DNA from: Tepidisphaera sp.
Lineage (GTDB): Bacteria > Planctomycetota > Phycisphaerae > Phycisphaerales > UBA1924
Assembly: GCA_050916045.1 (NCBI GenBank)
Contig: CP051526.1
Coordinates: forward strand, 1-64,000
DNA length: 64,000 nucleotides
Direction: 5' to 3'
Positions 8,690-19,211 of this stretch are shown one piece after another. The stretch's first letter is position 1. Each line of letters begins with the position of its first letter. A model generated the notes under the pieces. That model saw nothing but the letters and a program-made list of their open reading frames with translations. It made no database searches and was not told where the DNA came from. Both the position numbers and the translations under genes were made by a program.

Positions 8690-9751
8690 ATGCCCGACAC
8701 CGATGCCGTCGTTCCCGCCGCCGTCGCCGAAGTGCAGGCCGCTTACGCCAAGCTTCGCGATGAGATCCATCGCGTCATCGTCGGCCAAGACGAAGTCGTT
8801 GAGCAGGTGCTCACCGCGATCTTCTGCAAGGGCCACGCCGTCGTCGTGGGCGTACCCGGCCTCGCCAAGACGCTCCTGATCTCGACCCTCGCCAAGACCC
8901 TGGGTCTGCAGTTCAGCCGGATCCAGTTCACCCCGGACCTCATGCCCAGCGACATCACCGGCACGGAGGTCATCCAGGAGGACAAAGCCTCCGGCCAGAG
9001 GCAGCTCCGGTTCGTCAAGGGCCCCATCTTCGGCAACGTCATTCTCGCCGACGAGATCAACCGGACGCCGCCGAAGACCCAGGCCGCGCTCCTCGAAGCC
9101 ATGCAGGAACGCCAGGTGACCGCCGGAGGCGTTCGCCACGAGCTTCCCAGCCCCTTCTTCGTCCTCGCCACGCAGAACCCCATCGAGCAAGAGGGCACGT
9201 ACCCGCTTCCCGAAGCACAGCTCGACCGGTTCATGTTCCAGATCCAGATCCGGTACCCCACGGCCGATGAAGAGTTCGAGATCGTTCGCCGCGCCGCGAC
9301 CAAAAGCTCCGTCGAAAGCCAGACGGTCCTTTCGGCCGACGACATCCGCCGCGTGCAGAAGCTCGTCGTCGAGACCCCGGTCGCCGATCACGTCATCAAG
9401 TACGCGCTCCGCCTCGTTCGCGCCACACGCGTGAAGGACCCGATGGACGGCGGCATCAAGCGGCCCAAGATGGTCCAGGACTATCTCGCGTGGGGCGCCG
9501 GTCCCCGAGCGAGCGAGTACCTCGTCCTCGCCGCCAAAGCCCGCGCGATCCTCTCCGGCTCGACGCATGTGACGCCCGATCACGTCCGCCATGTCGCGCC
9601 CCCGGTCCTCCGCCACCGCATCCTCACCAACTTCAACGCCGAAGCCGACCAGATCACCACCGACATGATCGTCGCGAACCTCCTCTCGGAGATCCCCGTC
9701 GAGGGTGCCAGCGCCAGTGACAAGAAACTGATGGACAGCGTGATGCGGTGA
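8690..9751 (+). CDS. MoxR family AAA+ ATPase
   Basis: GVPGLAKT, RIQFTPDLMPSDITG, LADEINRTPPKTQAALLEAMQE, ATQNPIEQEGTYPLPEAQLDRF. Confidence 0.97.
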   Translation: MPDTDAVVPAAVAEVQAAYAKLRDEIHRVIVGQDEVVEQVLTAIFCKGHAVVVGVPGLAKTLLISTLAKTLGLQFSRIQFTPDLMPSDITGTEVIQEDKASGQRQLRFVKGPIFGNVILADEINRTPPKTQAALLEAMQERQVTAGGVRHELPSPFFVLATQNPIEQEGTYPLPEAQLDRFMFQIQIRYPTADEEFEIVRRAATKSSVESQTVLSADDIRRVQKLVVETPVADHVIKYALRLVRATRVKDPMDGGIKRPKMVQDYLAWGAGPRASEYLVLAAKARAILSGSTHVTPDHVRHVAPPVLRHRILTNFNAEADQITTDMIVANLLSEIPVEGASASDKKLMDSVMR

Positions 9752-11844
9752 GCACAGCCCAGCCCAAAGTCATCCATGACACGCCGTGGATTTTCTCCGC
9801 TCGCGGGGAGCTCTGGATGTCGCTGCTGGCGGGCTTGCTCCTTGGCCTTGGGGTCATCATCCCGCGGATGTTCGAGGCACCCTGGGCGCCATGGCTCGTT
9901 TGGACGAGCCTGGTCATCGGGTTTATCTACGGCGGACGGGCCGCGTTTGAAGCTCTAAGCCAGCGCAAGATCGACATCGATGTGCTCATGATCGTCGGTG
10001 CGGGTTTGGCCGCGGCCGCCGGCGCCCCCGCCGAGGGCGCGCTGCTTCTGTTCCTCTTCGTGCTCGCCGGAGCCCTCGAAGAGCTCGCCGCCCAGCGGAC
10101 ACAGCGCGAGGTCGAAGCCCTGCACTCGCTCATGCCGACGCAGGCCGACCTTTGGCGCGATGGCCAGTGGGTGCAAGCCGATCCGATGACCCTCGTCGTC
10201 GGCGACCGCATCAAGATCAAGCCCGGCCAGCGCGTCCCCGCCGATGCAATTCTGACCGAAGGCCGCACCGAGATGGACCAGTCGGCGATGACCGGCGAAT
10301 CCGTCACGCGGCCCGTCGTCGTCGGCGATGAGATCTACTCCGGCACCATCAACACCGACGATCCCGTCGAAGCACGCGTCATCCGCCCCGCCGCCGAGTC
10401 GAGCTTGCAGAAGGTGCTTCGGCTGGTCCTCATGGCCCACGAGCAGCGCGAGCCCGTCCAGCGGGCGATCGACCGCATCAGCGAGCCCTACGCCAAGGGC
10501 GTGATGATCGCGAGCCTGGTCGTGCTGCTGGTGTGGCACTTCCTGCTGGCGTTCTCCTGGAAGGACGCTTCGTACATCGCGATTACGTTCCTCATCATCT
10601 GTTCGCCGTGTGCGCTGATCATCGCCACCCCCACCGCGACCCTTGCCGCCATCGCCCGTGCGGCCCGGTTCGGCGTGCTTTTCAAGGGTGGGCAAGCGAC
10701 CGAGCAGCTCGCGTCCGTCGCGGCCGTCTGCTTTGACAAGACCGGCACGCTCACGATCGGCCGCCCCCGCGTCGAGCAACTGACGCCCGTCGCGTGGAGC
10801 GACCGCGACTCGATGCTCGCGATCGCCGCCGCACTCGAAGCCGACTCGACCCACCCCATCGCCAGCGCGATCAAGGACGCCGCGACCGCACACAGCATCC
10901 CCCCCGCCCGCCTCCTCCACATCATGCACACCACCGGCCGCGGCATGAGCGGTGTCCTCCCCGGCGACATCGAGGTCCGTCTTGGCAGCTACAAGCACGT
11001 CGAACCGATCGTGCCCGTCTGCCTGCGGGCCAAGACGCAGGAGGTTCTCAGAACCATCCAGAAGCAGGGCCGCATCGGTGTCGTCGTCGCCAAAGCCCAA
11101 GCCCCCGGCGACAACCCCGAAACCGCCGGCGAAGCGACCGTCATCACCCTCGCCGACGCCGTCCGCCCAGGCGCCCAGCGACTCGTCCAGGACCTCCACG
11201 CTCTTGGCGTCAAGCCCGTCCGGATGCTCACCGGCGACAACGCCACCACCGCCAAAGCCGTCGCGGATCAGCTCGGCTTGGATCGGTTCGACGCCGAGCT
11301 CCTTCCCGCGGACAAGCTCCGCATCGTCGGGGAGATGAAGCAAGCCGCGAGATCTCAGCCCGTGACCCGCGGCCGATTTGGAAGCCCGCCCGGCGTCGCG
11401 GTGATCGGGGACGGCGTCAACGACGCTCCCGCGCTGGCCGCCGCCGACGTCGCGATCGCGATCGGCTCCATCGGAAGCGATGCCGCTCTTGAGTCCGCCG
11501 ACATTGTCCTCATGTCCGACGATCTGGCGGCGGTGCCCTGGGCGATCCGTCTGGCTCGCAAGACGCGCGGGATTATCCGGGCGAACCTGCTTTTCGCCCT
11601 GTCGGTGATCTTCCTGGGGAGCCTTGTGACGCTGGTCGGTTCGGTGACGAACTTCCGCCTTCCGATGTCCGTGGGCGTGCTTTTGCACGAGGGCGGCACG
11701 CTTCTGGTGGTGGCGAATAGTTTGCGGCTGCTTCTGGTGCCCGGGTTCCTGTCCGAACCGCGCCCGACCGCGATTCTCCATGGGAACACGGGTTCGGGCG
11801 AGATTTCCCGCGATGAGGCCGCCGCGGGCTCTACGATGGCCTGA
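9748..11844 (+). CDS. Heavy-metal P1B-type ATPase, P1B-4-like (Co/Fe/Zn)
   Basis: TGES, TM SPC motif, DKTGT, HP, MLTGD, GDGVNDAPAL and HEGGT (P1B-4 signature). Confidence 0.93.
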   Translation: MSTAQPKVIHDTPWIFSARGELWMSLLAGLLLGLGVIIPRMFEAPWAPWLVWTSLVIGFIYGGRAAFEALSQRKIDIDVLMIVGAGLAAAAGAPAEGALLLFLFVLAGALEELAAQRTQREVEALHSLMPTQADLWRDGQWVQADPMTLVVGDRIKIKPGQRVPADAILTEGRTEMDQSAMTGESVTRPVVVGDEIYSGTINTDDPVEARVIRPAAESSLQKVLRLVLMAHEQREPVQRAIDRISEPYAKGVMIASLVVLLVWHFLLAFSWKDASYIAITFLIICSPCALIIATPTATLAAIARAARFGVLFKGGQATEQLASVAAVCFDKTGTLTIGRPRVEQLTPVAWSDRDSMLAIAAALEADSTHPIASAIKDAATAHSIPPARLLHIMHTTGRGMSGVLPGDIEVRLGSYKHVEPIVPVCLRAKTQEVLRTIQKQGRIGVVVAKAQAPGDNPETAGEATVITLADAVRPGAQRLVQDLHALGVKPVRMLTGDNATTAKAVADQLGLDRFDAELLPADKLRIVGEMKQAARSQPVTRGRFGSPPGVAVIGDGVNDAPALAAADVAIAIGSIGSDAALESADIVLMSDDLAAVPWAIRLARKTRGIIRANLLFALSVIFLGSLVTLVGSVTNFRLPMSVGVLLHEGGTLLVVANSLRLLLVPGFLSEPRPTAILHGNTGSGEISRDEAAAGSTMA

Positions 11845-13490
11845 TGTCCGACCAGAAGACCAATCAGAGCCCCGCCCCCGCCCCCGCTTCCGCCCCGGCT
11901 TCCAAGCCCGCTTCCGCCCGCCCGGCTCCCGCGGCGGAGCCCCCACAGCTCTCCCCCACCGAGTACGAAGCTCAGCGCCGTGCCAATCGGCAAGGCGTGG
12001 TCGAGCTCGGCCTCACGCCGTACGGGGAAGCCGCGTCGGAGAAACTGCTCACGCTTGCTCAGGCGCGGGCGCTCTACGACGACGCCGCCAACGTTGACCA
12101 CAACGCGAACGGCAAAGCGGAGGGGTATGTCGATCGCCGTCCGATCGTTTCGGTCGCGGGACGCGTCATGCTTTTCCGCGATGGTGGCAAGCTGCTTTGG
12201 CTGACGCTCCGTGATGACACGGCGGACATCCAGGTCGCCGTCAGCCAGCGGGATGTGGCTGAATTGGCGTTCAAGTTCACCAAGCTCACCGACTTGGCCG
12301 ACATCATCATCGTCACCGGACGCCTTATGAAGACCAAGACCGGCGAGATCACGGTCTGGGCTTCGGACGTCAAGCCGGGGACCAAGAGCATCGTTCCCCC
12401 ACCGGCCAAGCACGACGGCCTGCACGACGTTGAGATCCGCTACCGCCAGCGTTATGTCGACCTCTGGGCCAACCCCGAGACGATGCAGGTCTTCAAGCAG
12501 CGCTCGGCGATCGTGTCGAGCGTGCGGAAGACGCTCGAAGCGCGCGGCTACCTTGAGGTCGAAACGCCGATGCTGCAGGCCCTGGCGGGCGGCGCCGCGG
12601 CCCGGCCGTTCGTCACCAAGATGAACGCGCTGGACATCAACCTCTTCATGCGGATCGCCCCCGAGCTCTACCTCAAGCGGCTTCTCGTCGGCGGTTTGCC
12701 GCGAGTCTTTGAGATCAACCGCAACTTCCGCAACGAGGGCCTCGACAAGCAGCACAACCCCGAATTCACGATGCTGGAGGCGTACCACGCTTTCGGAAAC
12801 GTCGAAACGGTGATGGACCTCACGGAGACGATCATCCGCGACGCGGCCGTGATGGTGCACGCGGCTTCGGGAGGCACGGGCGACGCGATCCTGCCCTTCG
12901 GTGAGTTCGCGATCAACTACAGCAAGCCGTTCACGCGTGTCCGCTACGGTGAGCTTTTCGAGAAAGCCTATGGGTTCGCGATGACCGACACGGCCCGGGC
13001 CCGCGCGGAGCTTTCGGCGATGAAGCCGGGCCTGGCGGCCAACATCGCGCAGATGGACCCGTGGCTCGTCGTCAACGAGCTTTTCGAGGAGAAAGCCGAG
13101 AAGTCGATCGACCACGCGCGGCCGACGTTCATCACGGATTATCCGGCCGCGATCAGCCCGCTCACCCGTCCTAAGCGCGACAACCCCGCCCTGGCCGACC
13201 GCGCCGACCTCTTCGTCGCCGGGATGGAGATCGCTCCGCACTACACCGAGCTCAACGACCCGGACATCCAGGAAGCCAAGTTCAAGGAACAGCTCCGCGG
13301 CATCGACGCCGACAAGAGCGCCGAGGAAAGCACCTACCGCACGATGGACCACGACTTCATCCGCGCCCTCAAGGTCGGCATGCCCCCGGCCGGCGGCATG
13401 GGCCTGGGCATCGACCGCCTGGTCATGCTCCTGACCAACCAGCGCACGATCCGCGATGTGGTCTTCTTCCCGCTGATGCGGCCGGAGTGA
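11844..13490 (+). CDS. lysS: Lysine--tRNA ligase (class II)
   Basis: RYRQRYVDL, GGAAARPF, APELYLKRL, FRNEG, HNPEFTMLE, GMPPAGGMGLGIDRL. Confidence 0.98.
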   Translation: MSDQKTNQSPAPAPASAPASKPASARPAPAAEPPQLSPTEYEAQRRANRQGVVELGLTPYGEAASEKLLTLAQARALYDDAANVDHNANGKAEGYVDRRPIVSVAGRVMLFRDGGKLLWLTLRDDTADIQVAVSQRDVAELAFKFTKLTDLADIIIVTGRLMKTKTGEITVWASDVKPGTKSIVPPPAKHDGLHDVEIRYRQRYVDLWANPETMQVFKQRSAIVSSVRKTLEARGYLEVETPMLQALAGGAAARPFVTKMNALDINLFMRIAPELYLKRLLVGGLPRVFEINRNFRNEGLDKQHNPEFTMLEAYHAFGNVETVMDLTETIIRDAAVMVHAASGGTGDAILPFGEFAINYSKPFTRVRYGELFEKAYGFAMTDTARARAELSAMKPGLAANIAQMDPWLVVNELFEEKAEKSIDHARPTFITDYPAAISPLTRPKRDNPALADRADLFVAGMEIAPHYTELNDPDIQEAKFKEQLRGIDADKSAEESTYRTMDHDFIRALKVGMPPAGGMGLGIDRLVMLLTNQRTIRDVVFFPLMRPE

Positions 13491-13532
13491 TCTCGAGGGT
13501 CTGAAACTCGAAAGTCTGACAGCAAGGCCAAC

Positions 13533-13562
13533 GAAAAAGCCCCGGTTTCCCGGGGCTTTCTT
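13533..13562. terminator. Bidirectional intrinsic terminator
   Basis: AAAAAGCCCCGG-TTTC-CCGGGGCTTTCTT between convergent genes. Confidence 0.85.
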
Positions 13563-13581
13563 CATGCTTATTCACGGACGA

Positions 13582-14658
13582 TCACTTGCCGGCGGGCTGC
13601 TCGGCTTCGCCGCCCTCTGCCGCGCCTTCGGTGGCGGGCTCGGCTTCGGGCTCTTCGACGACCGGCGGACGCATGTCGCGGACGGCCTGGAGGATGGCGC
13701 GTTCCTGCTCGATGGGCAGGGCGCCGACGAGCTTCCGCATGGCTTGCACGCGGCTGACGCGGTCGGTCGCCGCTTTGACGGCCTTGACGGCGTCGGCCTG
13801 GGCTTTGGCGTCGACGGAGGCTTTCGTGAGGACTTCGTCGATCTTCTCGCCGCCCTCGTTGAGGAGATTCTCGTACGCGTAGACGGCTTCGTCGATCCAG
13901 AGGTTCATCTGCTGACGCATGCGCTCGCGGTCGATCTTCTCCTTGCGTTCCTTCTGAGCGTTGGCCGCGGCTTCCTTGGCGGCGGCGTCCGCGTCTGGGG
14001 CGGCGGGCGGAGCGGGCGGCAGGTTCCGCTCAAAGTCGGCGGAGAGTTCCTGGGCATACCCCTGCATGACCTTCATGTTCTGGGTGGCCTGGATGCGGGT
14101 GATGATGCCGCGCTTCTGCATCTCCTCGCGGACGTTGTCGCCGACGAGCGGCTTCAGGACCTGCATGAGGCCCGAGAGGCCCATCTTGCCGTCTTCGCCC
14201 TGGATGCCCTTGCGGCCTTCAGCGCCGCGCTGCGGGAGGAGCTGAGCTTTGTCGATCACGCCCTCGTTGACCTGCCGCATGAGGTCGGCGTTGTCGGTGA
14301 CGATCTTCTCGTACTTGCGGAGACGCTTGTCCAGGAAGGGCTTGGCTTTCTCGAAGACCGTGGGCGTCAGCGAGACGTTGTGCTTCATCGCCTGCCAGAA
14401 GAGGGGCTCGGTGCGGGTGATCAGCTTGCCCTCGCGATCGCGAAGGGGAGGCTCGATCGGAAGCACCTGTTGCGGCTGGACGGCCGGCTGCGGGGGGCGA
14501 CCGTCCGGAGCCTTGGGCTGCGCCGCGGCTGGGGGGGGCGGCATGACGAACTCAGGCGTCGGGTCCGGAGCCTTCGTGGGAGGCGCGGTGATCTGACCGA
14601 CAGCCGTCCCGCACACCAGCGCGAGGCCGAGAACCGTGGACACCATTCCGATCTTCAT
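13582..14658 (-). CDS. Secreted helical hypothetical protein (family member 1)
   Basis: GGGAG RBS, signal peptide MKIGMV...AVG, Pro-rich linker, amphipathic helices; resembles the proteins at 14860 and 19526. Confidence 0.8.
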   Translation of the reverse strand: MKIGMVSTVLGLALVCGTAVGQITAPPTKAPDPTPEFVMPPPPAAAQPKAPDGRPPQPAVQPQQVLPIEPPLRDREGKLITRTEPLFWQAMKHNVSLTPTVFEKAKPFLDKRLRKYEKIVTDNADLMRQVNEGVIDKAQLLPQRGAEGRKGIQGEDGKMGLSGLMQVLKPLVGDNVREEMQKRGIITRIQATQNMKVMQGYAQELSADFERNLPPAPPAAPDADAAAKEAAANAQKERKEKIDRERMRQQMNLWIDEAVYAYENLLNEGGEKIDEVLTKASVDAKAQADAVKAVKAATDRVSRVQAMRKLVGALPIEQERAILQAVRDMRPPVVEEPEAEPATEGAAEGGEAEQPAGK

Positions 14659-14859
14659 GAAACGTCTCCCTAAGCAGAACAAACCAACCCGCTCGGCCGA
14701 CCCACCGGCCCGTCGCGGAAATACCAATATCGGCCAGCAACCGTAGGTCCTGCGGCCTATGGCGTCGCCAAACACCCTTTGTACGACTGGAGCGCCGCTG
14801 GTCGGCGTTGGTTCAGCAACCGAGCACGCGAAAAAGACCCCGCAAACCCTGACAAAGAC

Positions 14860-15816
14860 CTACTTTGAAGACTCGCTCATCGGCGCCATGGCGTCCCCGT
14901 CCTGCATCTGGGGCTTCATCTCCGGTTTGTCGCCCACGGACGGTGCAGGGTCGGACCTGCCAAGCAGTTCCTGAATCACGATCTTCCGCTGTTCGGCGTT
15001 GAGTTCGCCGAGCACCCGAAGGGCCAGATCGCGGCGCTGCTGGGGCGTCGGCTTGCCCATGGTCGCTTGGAACGAATCCGAGAACATGGTCCGGATCTTG
15101 GCTTCCTTTTCTGGCGACAAGCCAAGCTTGGCGAGGAACTCCTCAAGCTCCTTGGTCTTGGCCGCGATCTGCCGCTCGTAGCTGCGGCGGATCTCCCCTC
15201 CGAACGCAAGCAACCCCTCGCGGATCAGGATCTCGCCGCGATTGGGCTCCTTCGCGGCTTCCTTCGCGTTCTTGGACTCGCCCTTGGCTTCCTGAGCCGC
15301 ATCAGCCACGATGGTGTCCCAGTACCCGGCGATCAGTTCGTCGTACCGAGCGGCTTGGTCCTTGGGCAGGACGGCCTTCACCTGGTCCTGGAGCTTGCCC
15401 TTGGCTTCAAGCTCCTTGAAGACCTCGCGGTACTCACGCAGAAGCCCGAGCTTGCCGCGGCGGTCGCTCGTGTTCTGGAACTTGACCAGGAGCTCGAGGT
15501 TGTCGCGGACGAGACGATCGATCATCGCCGTCCGCTCATCGAGCACGGCCTGCACCTTGGCTTTGGTCGCCGCGTCGAGCGAAAGCAGCTCGACGGCTGC
15601 TTCGGCCGGGTTGGCTTCCAGCCGCTGGACACGCCCGCGGAAGTCGCGGCGGATCAGCGAGCGCTCGGTCTGCGTCTCCTTGACCTTGGGTCCGGAAAGC
15701 ACATCGGTTGATGAGCCAGGCGCGGGCTCCTGCTTGGGCTGTTCCGTGGGCGGTTCAAACCCGATCGCGAGGCCCGCCACGCACATCGCCGCCATCAACG
15801 CCATTCGCTGAGCCAT
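14860..15816 (-). CDS. Secreted helical hypothetical protein (family member 2)
   Basis: GGGAGG RBS, signal peptide, LSPEKEAKI and LNAEQR motifs reminiscent of LTxxQ (Spy/CpxP-like). Confidence 0.8.
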   Translation of the reverse strand: MAQRMALMAAMCVAGLAIGFEPPTEQPKQEPAPGSSTDVLSGPKVKETQTERSLIRRDFRGRVQRLEANPAEAAVELLSLDAATKAKVQAVLDERTAMIDRLVRDNLELLVKFQNTSDRRGKLGLLREYREVFKELEAKGKLQDQVKAVLPKDQAARYDELIAGYWDTIVADAAQEAKGESKNAKEAAKEPNRGEILIREGLLAFGGEIRRSYERQIAAKTKELEEFLAKLGLSPEKEAKIRTMFSDSFQATMGKPTPQQRRDLALRVLGELNAEQRKIVIQELLGRSDPAPSVGDKPEMKPQMQDGDAMAPMSESSK

Positions 15817-15865
15817 TGCATGCCTCCCGGCTTCTGCCATCACCCGAAGCCTCTATCCTAACGCC

Positions 15866-16432
15866 ATGAGCACCCAAACCTTGCCAGCCGCCGCCACCTC
15901 TCCGCTTGCGAAAGCCATCGCCGAGATCGCTCTGCTCCGCGGCACGTTCACACTTCGTTCGGGCAAGACCTCCAATTACTACCTCGACAAATACCTCTTC
16001 TCGACCCGCCCCGAGCTTCTTCGGCAGCTTGCCCCGCTCTTTGCAAGCCGGATCAAGTCCATGGAGACCGCGGCGGGCGTCAAAGCCGCACGCTTGGCCG
16101 GTGCCGAGCTCGGCGGCATCCCCCTCGTGACCGCCGCGAGCATGGAGACGGGCCTCCCCTGCTTGTTCATCCGTAACAAGAAGAAGGACTACGGCACGGC
16201 CAAGCAGCTCGAAGGCCTCGTCGCCCCTGGCGACGGCGTGATCCTCCTGGAAGACGTCGCGACCACGGGCGGCCAAGCTCTCGAAGCCGTCGCGTCCCTC
16301 CGCGAATCCGGAGCCAAGGTCATCGGCGTGATCGCGACGATCGACCGGCTAGAAGGAGCTCGCGAGAACATCGAGAAGGACGGCTTGCGGTTTGACTCGC
16401 TGTTCACGGTGAAGGATTTGGGCGTGGCGTGA
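15866..16432 (+). CDS. pyrE: Orotate phosphoribosyltransferase
   Basis: FTLRSGKTSNYYLDK, IRNKKKDYG, LLEDVATTGG PRPP-binding motif. Confidence 0.95.
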   Translation: MSTQTLPAAATSPLAKAIAEIALLRGTFTLRSGKTSNYYLDKYLFSTRPELLRQLAPLFASRIKSMETAAGVKAARLAGAELGGIPLVTAASMETGLPCLFIRNKKKDYGTAKQLEGLVAPGDGVILLEDVATTGGQALEAVASLRESGAKVIGVIATIDRLEGARENIEKDGLRFDSLFTVKDLGVA

Positions 16433-16439
16433 GTGCCCT

Positions 16440-16994
16440 CTAGGCTTTCACGCGCTTGTACATGTCGATGTTCTCGAACTCTCCGCCTTCAGGCTGCTTG
16501 AGGGCCCTGGGGAGTCTCGCGTACTCGATGAAGCCGTGCTTGCGATAGAGCTTGAGCGCCGGTTCGTTCACAGCGAAGACACCGAGCGTCACGATCTCGA
16601 TCGTCGGGTGCGCCGTCGCCCATTCGAGCGCCGCCCGCATGAGCGCATCGCCCACGCCGCGGCCGCGCCACGCTTCCGCGATGCCCATGCCGAGCAGAGC
16701 CTGGTGGGCGATCTTCCGCTTGGCGCGGCCGGCAAGGTCGAGCGACCCGACGATCTCGTCACCGTGCTCTGCATTGAGGAACACCGCCGCCGGCGATTCA
16801 AGCCGCTCGCGCAGAAACCTTGCTTCCTGCTCCTCGGTCATCGTGAACTCGTCCGGCACGGTGAGCACATACGGCGAGGTGCGGTACATCTCGCGTGCAA
16901 AAGCAAGCAGCGCCGCAGCCCGCTCGGGCCGCGCCGAGCGCACGACGACCGATCCGCCTTTGATCGGAAACTCTCTCGGTTCAAAGCTCGTCAC
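16440..16994 (-). CDS. GNAT family N-acetyltransferase
   Basis: WRGRGVG acetyl-CoA motif, NEPALKLYRKHGF. Confidence 0.92.
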   Translation of the reverse strand: MTSFEPREFPIKGGSVVVRSARPERAAALLAFAREMYRTSPYVLTVPDEFTMTEEQEARFLRERLESPAAVFLNAEHGDEIVGSLDLAGRAKRKIAHQALLGMGIAEAWRGRGVGDALMRAALEWATAHPTIEIVTLGVFAVNEPALKLYRKHGFIEYARLPRALKQPEGGEFENIDMYKRVKA

Positions 16995-16996
16995 GC

Positions 16997-19069
16997 TTAC
17001 TTCTCGGGCACCGCCGCGGCGGACTTGTTCCCGATCGTCCGCTGCATGAACGACTCGACCTGCTTGGCGAAGAGGAGCCGGTTGTCGAGCTTGGCGAACC
17101 CGTGGCCTTCATCGGGGAAGACCAGGAGCTGCGGCATGAGTTCGGGCTTCTTCTCGGCGAAAGCTTTGTCCTTGAGCGCGACGGCGAGCTGCATCGCTTC
17201 CTCGACGGGGACGCGCGGGTCGTTGAACCCGTGAGCGATGAACATCGGGACGCGGAGGAACTCGGTCTTGTTGATGCTCGAGACGCTCATGAGGAAATCG
17301 GGATCGGTGAGCGGGCCGTACTCGGCTTCGCGGAGCTTGCGGCGGTAGCCGCTCGTCTTCTCGAGGAAGGTCTTGAGGTTGACGATGCCGACGATGTTGA
17401 CGCCCGCGCCGAAATACGGCTGGCGCTTGGCTTGCTCGGCCGCTCTCGTGTCTTCGACGAGGCACGCGACGGACATGAACCCGCCGTAGCTGCCGCCGTA
17501 GGTGGTGATCTTGCCGGGGACCGCGTACCCGTTGTCGACGAGCCACTTCGCGGCTTCCACGCCGTCCTTCACGCTGTCCCAGCGCTTCTTGTAATCGTCC
17601 ATCATGTGGAAGTCGCGGCCGTAGCCGGTGGACCCGCGGACGTTGGGCAGCATGATGCCGAATCCGCGCGAGAGGAAGTACTGCGACTGGGCGCTGAACG
17701 TCGGGCGGTGCTGGCCTTCGGGCCCGCCGTGGTAAAGGCAGATGAACGGAATCGGCTTCTTCGCCGCTTTGTCGTACCCGGGCGGGAAGAAGACGAACGC
17801 GGGGATCTCGACGCCGTCAAAGCTCTTGTACTTCACGAGGTCGGGAAGCGGGAAGCTCGAAAGGTCGATCCCCTGCGTGTCGGCGAAGGTCAGCGGCTTG
17901 GTTTCGGGCTTGCCATCGGCGCCCCAGGTCGTCTCGTACGCCAAGCCCGGCGTCTGAGCGTTGTTGAGGGTCCAGACCAGCGTGCGGCCGCGGAAGGTTC
18001 CACCGCCGCCCACAACGCCGCGAGCCGTCTCGGGCATCGCGAGCGGGGTCATGCCGGCGGCTTCGAACACGCGGGCCACGCCGTATCCGTCCTCGTTGGT
18101 CACGGCGACCAGAAGCGTCTTCTCGGTATTGAAGCCCGCACCGTCGAGTTCGTACTTGTCCAGCGAGGGGATCGGGCTCGTCACCGCGCCGGTCTTGAGA
18201 TCCTTGCGGTAAAGCCGGACCATGCCGTCCTTCGCGTCCGACGTGAGGAGAACCGCTTCTTCACCCGGCAGATAGCCGACGACTTCGCAGTTGGCCGTGC
18301 TTCCTTCGGGCTTGATGGTGATCTCGGTGGTCTTGCCGGTCGCGATGTCAAGCTCGAAGACCTGCGTGTCCGAAGCGGACTGGAACTTGGAGACGAGCGC
18401 CCGCGTGCGGTCCTTGGTGACATCCCCGCACGACCACGACCCCTCGCGGCCGAGGATCTTCTGGGCCTCACCCTTCTTGAAATCCCACAGGTACAGGTGG
18501 AAGTCGTTGGGGCTGTCCTGGTTGCCGGAATAGACGAACCCCGAGCCGTCATCGAGCCAGGTCGTGATCGAGTACTGCACGCGCGGGTCTTTGGTGATGT
18601 CGGTGATCTTGCCCGTCGCGATGTCCATCGCCGCGATCTGGAAGTTCTCGTTACCGCCCACCGCGTGGGTGATGAGAAGCGTCTTGCCGTCGGGGCTCAT
18701 CGAGGTGCCGCTGACGCCGTCAGCGTACGACGTGAGCTTGGTCATCGTCGCTTTGCCGGGGGAGTAGTCACGCCCGCCGGTCGCGGTCGCCGCGGGAACG
18801 ACCTTGAAGACCTGGGTGATGCCGTCGGCGAGGTCGCGGACGTAGAGGGTGCCGTCGGTGCCGAGCGTCGCGCCCTGCGGGGCCCGGACGCGGAGGAACT
18901 GATCGATGGTGGCTTGACTGAGAGGTTGGCTGACCGGCTGGGCCTGCTTGACCTCGGCCGTTTTCGGAGCGGTCGCCGACTGGGCTTGGGCGACACCGAC
19001 CGCAGCACCGCTGACGAGGGCGATGAGGAACGCGGACAGACAGACCGGCAGAATCTTTCGCTGGCGCAT
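16997..19069 (-). CDS. S9 family peptidase (prolyl oligopeptidase/acylaminoacyl peptidase-like), secreted
   Basis: Signal peptide, propeller region, HGGP, GGSYGG nucleophile, NDPRVP, DEGHG. Confidence 0.93.
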   Translation of the reverse strand: MRQRKILPVCLSAFLIALVSGAAVGVAQAQSATAPKTAEVKQAQPVSQPLSQATIDQFLRVRAPQGATLGTDGTLYVRDLADGITQVFKVVPAATATGGRDYSPGKATMTKLTSYADGVSGTSMSPDGKTLLITHAVGGNENFQIAAMDIATGKITDITKDPRVQYSITTWLDDGSGFVYSGNQDSPNDFHLYLWDFKKGEAQKILGREGSWSCGDVTKDRTRALVSKFQSASDTQVFELDIATGKTTEITIKPEGSTANCEVVGYLPGEEAVLLTSDAKDGMVRLYRKDLKTGAVTSPIPSLDKYELDGAGFNTEKTLLVAVTNEDGYGVARVFEAAGMTPLAMPETARGVVGGGGTFRGRTLVWTLNNAQTPGLAYETTWGADGKPETKPLTFADTQGIDLSSFPLPDLVKYKSFDGVEIPAFVFFPPGYDKAAKKPIPFICLYHGGPEGQHRPTFSAQSQYFLSRGFGIMLPNVRGSTGYGRDFHMMDDYKKRWDSVKDGVEAAKWLVDNGYAVPGKITTYGGSYGGFMSVACLVEDTRAAEQAKRQPYFGAGVNIVGIVNLKTFLEKTSGYRRKLREAEYGPLTDPDFLMSVSSINKTEFLRVPMFIAHGFNDPRVPVEEAMQLAVALKDKAFAEKKPELMPQLLVFPDEGHGFAKLDNRLLFAKQVESFMQRTIGNKSAAAVPEK

Positions 19070-19211
19070 GGGCGTCTCCGTCAAGCGTGCAACGCTCCGA
19101 ACGACCGTTCGACGAGCACGAGCTACATGATAGATCGGGGTGTACCGGCGGACCCCGCCCCCGGTGGCAAGGATTGCGTCCGGGTGGCGGCGCTCTCCCG
19201 AGCGGGACGAC

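Noticed and set aside
11355..13565. 736-aa antisense ORF over lysS, and similar ORFs at 9955-11946 and 17102-19267
   Set aside because: Stop-poor antisense frames expected from high-GC codon bias
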